A DNA stretch of 64,000 nucleotides, taken from positions 4,446 through 68,445 of the forward strand of contig JWKX01000006.1 in assembly GCA_000806155.1 (NCBI GenBank). Reading direction: 5' to 3'. Source of the DNA: an archaeon GW2011_AR18 (GTDB lineage Archaea > Nanobdellota > Nanobdellia > SCGC-AAA011-G17 > GW2011-AR18). The notes under the pieces are model-generated. The model was not told the origin of the DNA. It did no database searches and worked only from the letters and a program-made list of their open reading frames with translations. How positions within the stretch are numbered: position 1 is the stretch's first letter; the number at the start of each line of letters is the position of its first letter. The position numbers and the translations under genes were made by a program. Shown in pieces: positions 1 to 9,849 of this stretch.

Positions 1-78
1 GTATTAATAATTATAAAATTCCTCTTAAAGGTTTAGGTATTGGTAAACAGCTTCATTATCTTAAGGAGAAAACTAAAA

Positions 79-705
79 ATGTCTGATTGTAATAGTATTC
101 ATCAATTGTTTAATTCTTTTAAAAGATTTAATTTTCCTTTTGATAGTAATGATATTCCTTTTAATGGTATTTACATTATTTTTGAAAAAGGTGAAATTTC
201 TCATGGTGTTGATAGGATTGTCAGGATTGGTACTCATACTGGTAATAATCAGTTAAGATCTAGATTATTTCAGCATTTTATTAATGAGAATAAGGATAGG
301 AGTATTTTCAGGAAAAATATTGGTAGAGCTTTACTTAACCATGATAGAGATGATTTTCTTAAATTTTGGGAATTAGACTTGACTACTAGGATTGCTAAAG
401 ATAAATATTCTGATAAAATTGATTTTTCTAAACAGAAAGTTATTGAAAAAAACGTTTCTAAATATATTCAGGATAATTTTAGTTTTGTTGTATTGAAGAT
501 TGATGATAAGGATTCTCGTTTAATATTAGAATCTAAGATCATTTCAACTGTTTCTTTATGTAATGTTTGTAAACCTTCAGATATATGGCTTGGTCTTTTT
601 TCTACTAAAGAAAAGATACGTAATAGTGGTCTTTGGTTAGTTAATGAACTTTACAAATCTCCTTTAGAAGATAAAGATTTTTTAGAATTAAAAAAATTAA
701 TTTAG
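79..705 (+). CDS. GIY-YIG-like nuclease domain protein
   Basis: Motif NGIYIIF...VRIGTH...R...N resembles GIY-YIG. The ATG at 79 follows AAGGAG. The track ORF starts at an upstream TTG (40). Confidence 0.4.
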   Translation: MSDCNSIHQLFNSFKRFNFPFDSNDIPFNGIYIIFEKGEISHGVDRIVRIGTHTGNNQLRSRLFQHFINENKDRSIFRKNIGRALLNHDRDDFLKFWELDLTTRIAKDKYSDKIDFSKQKVIEKNVSKYIQDNFSFVVLKIDDKDSRLILESKIISTVSLCNVCKPSDIWLGLFSTKEKIRNSGLWLVNELYKSPLEDKDFLELKKLI

Positions 706-762
706 TTTGCCTTTAGTAACTTATTTAAACTCTCTTGCCTTTATTTTTTTGAGGTATAAAAG

Positions 763-2808
763 ATGGCTTTCTACAAATCTTATTCTAATGCTATGGATTC
801 TCCATCTAGGTTGAAGACTCGTTTTTCTGCTCTCGGTTCTCCTACATCTCCTATGGTTGCTAAACAATTGGAAGAATTTGGTAAAAGTCTTAATCAGGGT
901 GTTCGTAATGTTGAGATTGGTACTATTCAGGCTGAAAAATTTGATTTTATTCCTAAGGAACATTTTGATGAAATTCGTAGGTTAGCTAAACTTACTGACT
1001 CTAATGTTTCTGTTCATGCTCCTTTACTTGATCTTGCTGGTTTTCCTACTCAGGGTGAGGGTGGTGCTTGGTCTGATGAGAAAAGAAAATCTACTGAATC
1101 TCAGGTGTTTTCTATTCTTGAAAGGACTCATATGTTGAGTAAGAGTGATAAGGAAAAAGGTATTATTGATCAGATTCCTGTTGTATTCCATGCTGGTCAT
1201 ACTTTCTCTCAGGAATATGAGAAAGGTTTGAAGAAAGTTAAGCTTGATGAACATGGTAATCAGATGTTTGAGAAGTATGCTGATGGCAGACCTAATTATG
1301 ATAAGCCTGTTATGATTGATTCTGATATTCGTGTTCTTGCTGCTGTTAATCGTGACACTGGTCAAGTTAGGCCTATTAATTATGAAGAAAAAGAACAGAT
1401 TGGTGGCAGGAAAATTATTTATGATCCTTTTTACAGGCTTAAGGTTCAGAATTCTACTGAATGGGATCAGGAAAAGCTTAAGCTTCTTGATTTCCAAAAA
1501 CAGGTTGAGGATATTAAGGAAAAATTAAGTATTAAGATTAAACAGAATGAGGCTATTATCAAGTCTGGTTTGATTAATGATGAGTCTTATGTTAATACTT
1601 TCAGGATGAATAATCTTGATATTTCTAGGATGCAGAATCATATTAGTGAGATTAATGTTAGTCTTCACTCAGGTTATCATGAAATTTATGGTAAGTTTAA
1701 CAAGTTTGCTGAGCCTAAGAAGCAGGAAGAATTTAAAGATGCTAGGGAAAAATTGAACAAGGAATATAATGAAATTCAGACTAAACTTATAACTCCTCTT
1801 ATGATTCAGCAACGTAAGTTAGAAGAAGAGTATGCAAAGAATCCTGATGATCCTCAGAAAGTTTTTGATTATCAGAATGCAGCATCTAAACTTATTGAGG
1901 CTCAGGCTGAACAGGCTAAGGCTATTGTTAACAAATTATATGAGCTTCCTGATCCTAATTTGTGGGTTCCTGTCAAGGATTTTGCTATTGAGAAAACTAC
2001 TGAGACTGTTTCTAATTCTCTTGCTAAACTTTATATGAAACTAAAGAAAGAGGGTAAAGAAAAAGAAACTCCTTTTATTACTCTTGAGAATTTCTTTGTC
2101 AATGCTCCTATGTCTCGTGCTGATGATTTAAGGCTGGCTGTTGAGGAAAGTAGGAGGCTTCTTGCTGAAAAATTAGTTAAGGAGGGTGTTAATAAAAAAG
2201 AAGCTGAGAATGCCGCTAACTCTCTTGTCTCTGCTACTTGGGATACTGGTCATATTAATAATCTTAGGAAAGCTGGTTGGGAAGGTGAAGAATTAAAAAA
2301 AGAAGTTATTGAAGAGACTAAAAAAATTGCTGATCTAGTTCGTCATGTTCATATTACTGATAATTTTGGTTTTTTTGATTCTCATCTTCCTCCTGGTATG
2401 GGTAATGTTCCTATGAAGGAGATTATGGAAGAATTAGAAAAGAAATGGGCTGATCTTGAGAGAAAAGGTATTATTAAACCAGGTCAGCACCCTCGTAGTA
2501 TTGTTGAGGCTGGTGGTTTTGTTGCTGAGATTGGTCCGAACCCTACTGTATCTGTTTTAGAATTTTTTGGCAGTCCTTTATACAATGATACAGTTCAAGG
2601 TGGTCCTTATTGGGGTGGCGGTGGAGGAGCTCCTATTCCTGTTGAACGTCGTGTAGGTTTTAGTTACTCTCCATATAGAGAAGGTTTTGTTGAATTCCCT
2701 CAGCAGCACTTTAACATGTATGGTTCTAGTTTCACTACTTTGCCTAAATCTGTTGGTGGACAAGTTGGTGGAGATGCTTCTAGGTTTAGTGGAACTCCTA
2801 ATCAATGA
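763..2808 (+). CDS. Xylose-isomerase-like TIM-barrel (EndoIV-like) protein with a long K/E-rich coiled-coil insertion and a Gly-rich C-terminal tail
   Basis: VHAPLLDLAGFP and VVFHAGH resemble Nfo HAPYLINL and FHPGSH. HVHITDNFGFFDSHLPPGMGNV resembles HLNDS...DRHEHIGKGHIG. About 300 aa of coiled-coil lies between them. The tail is GGPYWGGGGGAP. Confidence 0.35.
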   Translation: MAFYKSYSNAMDSPSRLKTRFSALGSPTSPMVAKQLEEFGKSLNQGVRNVEIGTIQAEKFDFIPKEHFDEIRRLAKLTDSNVSVHAPLLDLAGFPTQGEGGAWSDEKRKSTESQVFSILERTHMLSKSDKEKGIIDQIPVVFHAGHTFSQEYEKGLKKVKLDEHGNQMFEKYADGRPNYDKPVMIDSDIRVLAAVNRDTGQVRPINYEEKEQIGGRKIIYDPFYRLKVQNSTEWDQEKLKLLDFQKQVEDIKEKLSIKIKQNEAIIKSGLINDESYVNTFRMNNLDISRMQNHISEINVSLHSGYHEIYGKFNKFAEPKKQEEFKDAREKLNKEYNEIQTKLITPLMIQQRKLEEEYAKNPDDPQKVFDYQNAASKLIEAQAEQAKAIVNKLYELPDPNLWVPVKDFAIEKTTETVSNSLAKLYMKLKKEGKEKETPFITLENFFVNAPMSRADDLRLAVEESRRLLAEKLVKEGVNKKEAENAANSLVSATWDTGHINNLRKAGWEGEELKKEVIEETKKIADLVRHVHITDNFGFFDSHLPPGMGNVPMKEIMEELEKKWADLERKGIIKPGQHPRSIVEAGGFVAEIGPNPTVSVLEFFGSPLYNDTVQGGPYWGGGGGAPIPVERRVGFSYSPYREGFVEFPQQHFNMYGSSFTTLPKSVGGQVGGDASRFSGTPNQ

Positions 2809-3033
2809 TTAAGAAATAATTTCTAATTTTATTGGCAGACTAATTTTTAGATTCTTATCTATTCTTTTCTTGAAGCTCATTATTGCTATTCCTGTGACTT
2901 TTCCTGTTTTTTCATCTATTATCTCTGATATTCCATCTGCTACATCCTTGAAATATCCTTTTTTATATTCTCCTATATTTATTTCTAGATAATCTGCTTC
3001 ATCATCATAGTATAAGTTCATGTTTCCTTTCAT
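2809..3033 (-). CDS. DUF2283 family protein
   Basis: YDxEADYLEI...GKVTGIAI is typical of DUF2283. The ATG overlaps the stop of the upstream RelE-like ORF (ATGA). Confidence 0.55.
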   Translation of the reverse strand: MKGNMNLYYDDEADYLEINIGEYKKGYFKDVADGISEIIDEKTGKVTGIAIMSFKKRIDKNLKISLPIKLEIIS

Positions 3034-3326
3034 AGTTCGTATCTTGTTCTTAATGAGTGTAATCTTTTTCTGTATTCCTTATAAGCATCATCATGTTTGT
3101 CTATTACTAATAACCAAATCTCTTTTTCTTTTATAAAATATACAAGTCTTATATTATCATTTATTGGTTATCTATAACAATTTTCTCCACCTGATAGATG
3201 CTCCATTCTTAAAGGGTTTTGTTTGATCTTATTTTTCTTTTTATAGAATATTTCTAACTCTTTATTATTTAATTTATCTAAATCTCTAAAAAAATCAGGA
3301 TGTTCTTTTATTATCCATTCACTCAA
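3030..3326 (-). pseudogene. RelE/ParE-like toxin gene with in-frame TAA (TTG start)
   Basis: Translation LSEWIIKEHPDFFRDLDKL...GGENCYR*PINDNIRLVYFIKEKEIWLLVIDKHDDAYKEYRKR has the RelE/ParE architecture. An internal TAA lies at 3168-3170. Confidence 0.45.
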
Positions 3327-3380
3327 CTTTTATTCCTCTTTTTTTAAGATAAGAGTCTAAATCCTTTTCTGTTTTTCCTT

Positions 3381-3515
3381 CTATTTTTTTGTTTCTATAT
3401 CATTTATTCTTTGTTTAACTTTAGTGTTCAATGCTATTTCCATATCTTCTAATAATGTTTCTACATCTGCTAGAATTTTGCTAAAAATCTCTTTTGGTAT
3501 AGTTACAGTTTCCAT
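3381..3515 (-). CDS. Small ORF (44 aa), putative antitoxin partner
   Basis: METVTIPKEIFSKILADVETLLEDMEIALNTKVKQRINDIETKK lies just upstream of the RelE-like ORF. It is below the track size cutoff. Confidence 0.3.
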   Translation of the reverse strand: METVTIPKEIFSKILADVETLLEDMEIALNTKVKQRINDIETKK

Positions 3516-3600
3516 AATATTAAGTTGGATTAATTATTTATATATGTTACGGTAGTTTTATCCGAAAATATTAAATACTATATGCATATTATTATGACTA

Positions 3601-4470
3601 ATGAAATCTAAAAAAGTGGTGTCTTCTAGTAATTCTAAAGATAAACCTGTTAATATTAAAAAATTTAATTCTGATGTTGAGATTGCTCATGATTTTGCTT
3701 TCAAATGTTATAAGAAATTTAAAGATGTTGTTAAGGCTATTGCCATGTTTGGTTCATCGACTAAGAATCTTTCAACTCCTAAATCTGATATTGATATTAT
3801 AATTATTATTGATGACTGTACTGTTGATTGGGATGATGAGTTAGTTGCTTGGTATCGTGAAGAGTTAGCTAAACTTTTAGCTTCTGAAAAATATCCTAAG
3901 GAACTTCATATCAATACTGTCACTCTTACTGCTTTCTGGGAAGAATTAAGAGCAGGTGAACCTTTGATTATTAATGTTTTAAGATATGGTGAACCTTTAG
4001 TTGATGTTGGTGGTTTCTTTGATCCTTTGAAAGTTTTATTAGCTAAAGGAAGGATCAGACCTAGTGCTGAAGCTATCTTTACTACTATGGAACGTTCTGG
4101 TGCTCATCTTGGACGTGCTAATGCTCATTTGTTGAATAGTGTTGAATCTTTTTATTGGGGTATGGTTGATGCTGCTCACGCTGCTTTGATGTCTGCTAAT
4201 GTTGTCCCTCCATCTCCTGAGAATATTTCTGAATTATTGGAAGAAACTTTTGTTAAAAAACGTTTATTGAATAAAGAATATCTTGAATTTTTTAATGATG
4301 TTCGTAAGACTGCTAAGGAAGTTCTTCATGGTGATATTGTCAGGGTTTCTGGTAAAAAGTTGGAAGAATTACAAAGTAAGTCTGATGATTTTGTTCATGA
4401 ACTTGTTGAATTAGCTAAGGTATTGATTAAGGATCAGAAGATTATTAAAGTAAATTATAAAGAATTTTAA
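3601..4470 (+). CDS. Nucleotidyltransferase (Pol-beta-type, MNT) fused to C-terminal HEPN-like domain
   Basis: GSSTKNLSTPKSDIDIIIII is the GS..x..DxD NTase motif. The C-terminal half is helical and HEPN-like. Confidence 0.55.
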   Translation: MKSKKVVSSSNSKDKPVNIKKFNSDVEIAHDFAFKCYKKFKDVVKAIAMFGSSTKNLSTPKSDIDIIIIIDDCTVDWDDELVAWYREELAKLLASEKYPKELHINTVTLTAFWEELRAGEPLIINVLRYGEPLVDVGGFFDPLKVLLAKGRIRPSAEAIFTTMERSGAHLGRANAHLLNSVESFYWGMVDAAHAALMSANVVPPSPENISELLEETFVKKRLLNKEYLEFFNDVRKTAKEVLHGDIVRVSGKKLEELQSKSDDFVHELVELAKVLIKDQKIIKVNYKEF

Positions 4471-4479
4471 AAAATAAAT

Positions 4480-5235
4480 TTATTTCTTTTTCTCTTTAGC
4501 AGCTTCTTCAGCCTTTTGTTTGTTAATGTCTTGCTGCGCATTATATGCACCAATCATTGTCATCATAGAGACTGCTTTTCCATACTTTGAAGAGTCTACT
4601 GCTTGATCTATTTCAGCATATAGTGTCTCTCCTTTTTCTTCTAATGAGTGACGTGCTTTAGCATATTGGATTTCAGCTATTCTTTCTATTACTTTCTTTC
4701 TGTTTCCTGCAAATGCAGTTCCGGTATATAATCTATCTATTTGTAAATCTACTTTTTCAACAGTATCTACATAATCTTTAACTAATCCTTCAGCTGTATC
4801 TAAATTACCTGCAGATGTTAACTTTTTTACTTGGTCTAACAATCTTATTCCTGTAATTATTCCAGCTAGTTCCTTGCTTGGGTTCTCTATTTTTACATCT
4901 GGAGATTTTATCATCTCTGCATAATATAGAGGTTTTGCTTCAGCTAATTGTGGCATGTAAAATACTTTAGCCTCTTTTAGTGTTTCATCTTCTATTGAGG
5001 TGTTTAGCGTGTCGTAAGCTTGTGCTCTCTTTGTTCTTACGAACTTTCTAACCATAACATCATCTATTGTTAATAGTCTTTCATCATTGTATACTTCTTC
5101 TGAGGCAATTTTTTCTCTAAAATCTGGATTTGATAATTGTGTTTTGCTTTCTTCTAAAATTCCGTTATTTGCTTGTGCATTTCTTATTAATGCTTCTAGA
5201 TTATCCGATAATTTGAATTCTTGTGTTTTTGCCAT
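4480..5235 (-). CDS. Hypothetical coiled-coil protein
   Basis: ORF of 251 aa, helical and charged. No motif recognised. Confidence 0.4.
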   Translation of the reverse strand: MAKTQEFKLSDNLEALIRNAQANNGILEESKTQLSNPDFREKIASEEVYNDERLLTIDDVMVRKFVRTKRAQAYDTLNTSIEDETLKEAKVFYMPQLAEAKPLYYAEMIKSPDVKIENPSKELAGIITGIRLLDQVKKLTSAGNLDTAEGLVKDYVDTVEKVDLQIDRLYTGTAFAGNRKKVIERIAEIQYAKARHSLEEKGETLYAEIDQAVDSSKYGKAVSMMTMIGAYNAQQDINKQKAEEAAKEKKK

Positions 5236-5369
5236 TTTAGTCTTTTTTTCCTCTGTATTTACTTAATCTTCAAAGTTTATAAACCTTTCCATTTGTAGTA
5301 ACTTAATAGTGACAAACATAAAACCTCAATAAAATGCCATTATAAGCCGTATAAAGCAATATTATAAAA

Positions 5370-5779
5370 TAGATAGGTAAAGAATAAGCCGCCTTTTGTC
5401 AAAACCAAACAGGAAATGATGCTTTTTGAAGCTTTAATCTCCTGCGATGTTTTGTCTTAATATTCTACTAAGCGCATGTAACAAACAACTTATGGCTTTT
5501 TACAGCTTTTGTATATTCATTTCTGCTTGCACCGATCGGGTCTGCTCGTTTAATCGTTTCCTTTACCTCAAACGTTCAGCTGGTTATCTCAGTCCTGTCG
5601 CCAGAACCTTCTCAGCTTCATTACTAAATAAAGGTCGTGTCGTTTCTAAACAGTCTCCTTCCATTACTGAAACTCTATTCCTAGAGCAATCTTTTTTATT
5701 GGTGGGCGGACTTTCCTCACAAAACCAGTTAGTGTCTTTAGTTTTATCTTCAGACTCTCATTGGTTTGCGTTTATTAAG
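5370..5779 (-). ncRNA. rnpB: RNase P RNA
   Basis: Minus-strand GAGGAAAGUCCGCCCACC (CR-I/P4 5' strand) and GACAAAAGGCGGCUUAUUC (CR-IV/P4 3' strand). There is a compensatory GCC/GGC change in P4, and P1 pairs AGGUAAGG with CUUUACCU. Confidence 0.75.
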
Positions 5780-5840
5780 TACCTTACCTTATATATTTTA
5801 TAGTCTCAACATTTATAAGATTATTTATTATAAGTAATGT

Positions 5841-6230
5841 ATGAAAGGTAAAGCTTACGCACTATTTGATTGTCCTAAGGATATTGATGATATTAAAACA
5901 GAAGTTTTCTCTATTAGAAGAATTATTGAAACACCTTCTTACTTGGAAGTTTTAATTTTTTCTAGGAAAGATTTTGTTTCTGGTCCTGTACTATCCTCTA
6001 TTGCTGAAAAGTTAGGTTTTCCTTATGTTGCTGAAGTAGCTTTTCCTCTTCATAGTAATAAAGATGCTGCTGATGAATTGGCTAGTATGCTTAACCAAGC
6101 TTCTAATTCTCCTCTGTATGATAATCCTGAAGATTTTAGAGGTGAGATAATTTACAGGGATATTCCTTCTTGGATTAAATGTTTATTAAAAAATGAGAAA
6201 GGATATTTAGGTTATGTTTTCCATGAATGA
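5841..6230 (+). CDS. Hypothetical protein
   Basis: ORF of 129 aa with host-like T-ending codons. Confidence 0.4.
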   Translation: MKGKAYALFDCPKDIDDIKTEVFSIRRIIETPSYLEVLIFSRKDFVSGPVLSSIAEKLGFPYVAEVAFPLHSNKDAADELASMLNQASNSPLYDNPEDFRGEIIYRDIPSWIKCLLKNEKGYLGYVFHE

Positions 6231-6232
6231 TA

Positions 6233-6721
6233 TCATAAGTTTCTTCTAATATTTACTAATGCTTCACTTACTAATTTTTCATACATCTTGAAATCCCTAT
6301 AATCTTCAACTCTTAATACTGGATCATCTCTTCCCATTAATATCCTTGTATCTGGTGTTACTAGCATTGCCATATAATCCAGATTCTCTCTTAATTTAGC
6401 TTCCATTGTAGTAGCATCACCTTGTGAAAAATTCCAGCTATACTTTTCTCCATAAGTTCTAACTGTTTCTTCTGTATGTGTATGTACATCTATTGATTTA
6501 TAATCTGGGAATTCTCTGAAAAAAGTATTTAATATTTCATCTTCTCTTCTATCTGTTTCAACACCTCCCTCATTTCCAGATCCAGTTCCAAATAATGTTT
6601 CTACTAAACATAAATTGCCTTGTTGTCTGTAAAGTAAAGATCCGCTAAATTCATCACTTAATGAAGTCAGTCTGTATAATGTATCTGCTATTTCATTTGG
6701 TAATATTACTATTCTTTTCAT
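6233..6721 (-). CDS. Hypothetical protein
   Basis: ORF of 162 aa. The HTHT...SQGD motif is only weakly JAMM-like, so no call is made. Confidence 0.4.
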   Translation of the reverse strand: MKRIVILPNEIADTLYRLTSLSDEFSGSLLYRQQGNLCLVETLFGTGSGNEGGVETDRREDEILNTFFREFPDYKSIDVHTHTEETVRTYGEKYSWNFSQGDATTMEAKLRENLDYMAMLVTPDTRILMGRDDPVLRVEDYRDFKMYEKLVSEALVNIRRNL

Positions 6722-6778
6722 TGTTGTGCAACTTTATACATTTTTATTTTTTTTATATATTTTAAATTTGTTAATTAT

Positions 6779-7327
6779 TTACTTTAATAATTTTGTAATA
6801 TCGTCACTTTTTGTTAATTCTTTAAATCTCTCAAATGCTATTCTTTGATGATTAAATTGTGCATCTAAATCTGGATTTACTGAATATGGAATTTTTATTG
6901 TATTTTTTCCGTATATTACTATTTCATTTGTATCTGTATCTAGTATAGCAATTCTTCTTATTCCTGATTGTTTAAATTCAAGATCTTTTGATTTTAGATA
7001 CTCTTCAACCTTTATTGGATCAAAATCTCTTGTCAGACTAATGTTTATTAGACTAATCATTCTTGCCATAACATCAACCGGATCATCTCTTGTTATTCTT
7101 ACTGCAGATTCTCCATTAACTCTTTTTATTAAATCTGAATAAACATTTTCTTGAAACCCATTCATTGGGTATTTACAATCTATTAATACTTCAGATGGAT
7201 CTTTCAATTGACCATTAAAATTGAAATTTACATTATCTAATCTTTCATATGCTTGTAATGTTTCATCCATTACTCTTAATGCATCTGTTGGTGATGTTAT
7301 CCCATTGAATAATTGTATAACTGCCAT
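6779..7327 (-). CDS. Hypothetical protein
   Basis: ORF of 182 aa. Confidence 0.4.
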   Translation of the reverse strand: MAVIQLFNGITSPTDALRVMDETLQAYERLDNVNFNFNGQLKDPSEVLIDCKYPMNGFQENVYSDLIKRVNGESAVRITRDDPVDVMARMISLINISLTRDFDPIKVEEYLKSKDLEFKQSGIRRIAILDTDTNEIVIYGKNTIKIPYSVNPDLDAQFNHQRIAFERFKELTKSDDITKLLK

Positions 7328-7444
7328 GTTTTATTGGTAATAAAAGAATTTATAAGGCTTTCTAATTAATAACTACTATTAAGTAATAATAGAATTAATC
7401 TATCTACTAATTAACTTTATAAATCATTCTTCCCGAATATATAC

Positions 7445-7963
7445 ATGGTAATCTATTCAGATACAGTAATTAAAATCATTACATCTTTCCTTATACTTAT
7501 CTTAGGTTTAGTATTAGCTAATGTTTTGAGTAATATATTAAGAAAAGTATTGAAGGAAGCTGAAATAAATAAAATATTGGCTAAACAGTTCAAGATTAAG
7601 ATTTCAGTTGAAAATTACCTTGTTAATATTTTCAAATATCTGATTTACTTCGCTGCAGCTATTACTGTCCTTAACCAGTTAGGAATTCCTACTTTTATCC
7701 TTAGGATTATTTTCTTGGTCATAGTCATTATAGTGATAGTGTTTATTGTATTGGCTTTCAAAGACTGGATACCTAACTTAGTCTCTGGTTTCTATATTTA
7801 TAAAACACAAAAGATAAAAACAGGAGATACAATTATCATGAATGGGTTGACTGGTAAGGTTAAGAGGATTAATCTTATTGAGACTAAGATCATTACTAAA
7901 AACAATGAAGTTATTTTCATCCCTAATTCAAATATAACAAAATACGAGATAGTGAAAAAATAA
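7445..7963 (+). CDS. Small mechanosensitive channel (MscS-like)
   Basis: TM helices followed by GDTIIMNGLTGKVKRINLIETKIITKNNEVIFIPNSNI, the MscS beta-domain signature. Confidence 0.6.
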   Translation: MVIYSDTVIKIITSFLILILGLVLANVLSNILRKVLKEAEINKILAKQFKIKISVENYLVNIFKYLIYFAAAITVLNQLGIPTFILRIIFLVIVIIVIVFIVLAFKDWIPNLVSGFYIYKTQKIKTGDTIIMNGLTGKVKRINLIETKIITKNNEVIFIPNSNITKYEIVKK

Positions 7964-8144
7964 AATGGTAAAAGCTAAGACTAAGAATATTATTAAATTG
8001 AAAGAGGATGTTATTGAAAAGATTACTAAGATTAAGGGCGTTTCTGAGACTAGTTGTATGATTGTAGCTGATGAAGATTAAGTTATTGTATAACATAAAT
8101 TTATGTAGCTCTATAACATATCAGAACTTATATCATATACTTTC

Positions 8145-8879
8145 CTATTGAATTTTATATAATTCTAATACTTCTTCTTCCATGAAATGTAATTTTCCAG
8201 GTATTATTATACATTGAGGATAAACATTAATTTCTATGTCTAATAATTCATTTATTTTTCCATATTTTATTATTTGTTCTTCAGTTCCTAAAGCTGCACA
8301 TATTACAACTTTATTATTAGGGCTTATTTTTCCTTGACTATTTTCTAATAAATATTTTAATCCCTCTTTGTAATTTATATATTTGTTTTCTTTTGGATTT
8401 AAATCTAGTAAGAATAATGTATGCATCTCTTTATTGTTTTCATATATCTCTATTGGTGTTTTTACATTTCTATAGTGGTATGGTATTGATGCTGTTTTCC
8501 CGAATTTATACAAACTAAGTCCTGTATCTCCTATTGCTGTTAATATTGATGTATTGTGTATTATTCTTGTTTTTATTCCCTGTTTTACAGCTCTTAAGTA
8601 TAAGTCTGTATGTGTTGTCGCACTGAATACATCCCCTTTCACTAATAATGCAACATTTTTTTCATTAGCATTTTTCAATATTTCCTCTCCACTTTCTACT
8701 AATTCTCTGTCTGCTAATATTATCTTTTTTCCAGTTAGTTTTTCTAAGTCTTCTATTTTGAACATTAATTTTGATGTATAATTCTCTAAGTAAACTACAT
8801 CGCAAGAACGCACACTCTCTAGTCCATTTATGCTTATATCTTTCTCATTTCCTAATCCTATTCCTATTATGTATAGCAT
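8145..8879 (-). CDS. dphB: Diphthine synthase
   Basis: MLYIIGIGLGNEKDISINGLESVRSCDVVYLENYTS matches the Dph5/DphB N-terminus. Confidence 0.85.
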   Translation of the reverse strand: MLYIIGIGLGNEKDISINGLESVRSCDVVYLENYTSKLMFKIEDLEKLTGKKIILADRELVESGEEILKNANEKNVALLVKGDVFSATTHTDLYLRAVKQGIKTRIIHNTSILTAIGDTGLSLYKFGKTASIPYHYRNVKTPIEIYENNKEMHTLFLLDLNPKENKYINYKEGLKYLLENSQGKISPNNKVVICAALGTEEQIIKYGKINELLDIEINVYPQCIIIPGKLHFMEEEVLELYKIQ

Positions 8880-8937
8880 GTTCTTGTTATTTGAGGAAAA
8901 TTTATAAAACTACTTGTAGATAACAATAATATTTATA

Positions 8938-9366
8938 ATGAGTATATCTCTTTGTGATACTATGCCAGATGATATTGCAACTCTTGTCAGGATAGATTTT
9001 AAAAATTTCAAACTTTCTAGACTTCAAGATGGATCATATAATGAGTTGTATATGACTCGAGAACAGCATAGAATTCTTATTAATGTTTTAGCAGAATCTA
9101 AGCCTGATATTGATAAGCTTATTGTTTTATATTCAGAACCTGATCAATCAGATATGGAGATGATGGGTGTAAAAAGAGAAGAAGTTGGTTATCGTTCTAT
9201 AGAGGTCATGGTTAAAATTGATAAAATAACTAATTTACCTTCAGATTGGACATATAACTTAATATTTCTAACAAAAGAAGAAGATGGTAATCCTGGTATG
9301 GCATTTGGTGACACTTTTTATACTCGTGATGAAGTAAAAAATCTTACTGCTTCAAATAAAAAATAA
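8938..9366 (+). CDS. Hypothetical protein
   Basis: ORF of 142 aa. Confidence 0.35.
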   Translation: MSISLCDTMPDDIATLVRIDFKNFKLSRLQDGSYNELYMTREQHRILINVLAESKPDIDKLIVLYSEPDQSDMEMMGVKREEVGYRSIEVMVKIDKITNLPSDWTYNLIFLTKEEDGNPGMAFGDTFYTRDEVKNLTASNKK

Positions 9367-9368
9367 TT

Positions 9369-9815
9369 CTAAAACTTATATATTTTCATTGCTGTTATGC
9401 TTGTCAATGCTCCTGCACTTATCATTGATATATCCTGCTTGAATATTAATAATAAAAGAGTAATCAAAAATAGTCCTGCACTATAAATTATTTTTTTATT
9501 ATGATTCATTCCAGTATAAGCTAATCCATATACAAATATGAATATTGCATGCAAAAACCTTAATCCTCCATCTAAAATATTGGTAATTGATATTCCTAGA
9601 TAGAAGTATTCCTCTTTAAATATTATTCCTGTTATTATCCCTATTATAAATAATATTATATTAAAGTTTACAGATAATAATCCTATTATAACTATTAATG
9701 ATATTATCTCTATGATTTTAAAATATTTTTGTCCTGATTTTAATTCCTCTTTTGTACGCTCTTTTATTATATACCCTATTGCTAATGCTAGTATTGATAT
9801 TATATATTCATACAT
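9369..9815 (-). CDS. Hypothetical membrane protein
   Basis: Multiple hydrophobic segments. Confidence 0.35.
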   Translation of the reverse strand: MYEYIISILALAIGYIIKERTKEELKSGQKYFKIIEIISLIVIIGLLSVNFNIILFIIGIITGIIFKEEYFYLGISITNILDGGLRFLHAIFIFVYGLAYTGMNHNKKIIYSAGLFLITLLLLIFKQDISMISAGALTSITAMKIYKF

Positions 9816-9849
9816 TTAGAAATAGAAATGAATAAAGTTGTATAAAAGT

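Noticed and set aside
5447-5803. 118-aa + strand ORF
   Set aside because: It lies antisense across the RNase P RNA. Low-complexity translation, no RBS and no homology. It is spurious.
6233-6721. JAMM/MPN metalloprotease call based on HTHT...SQGD
   Set aside because: H-x-H to S-x-x-D spacing is 16 residues, not the canonical 7, and no upstream Glu context. This is too weak to call.
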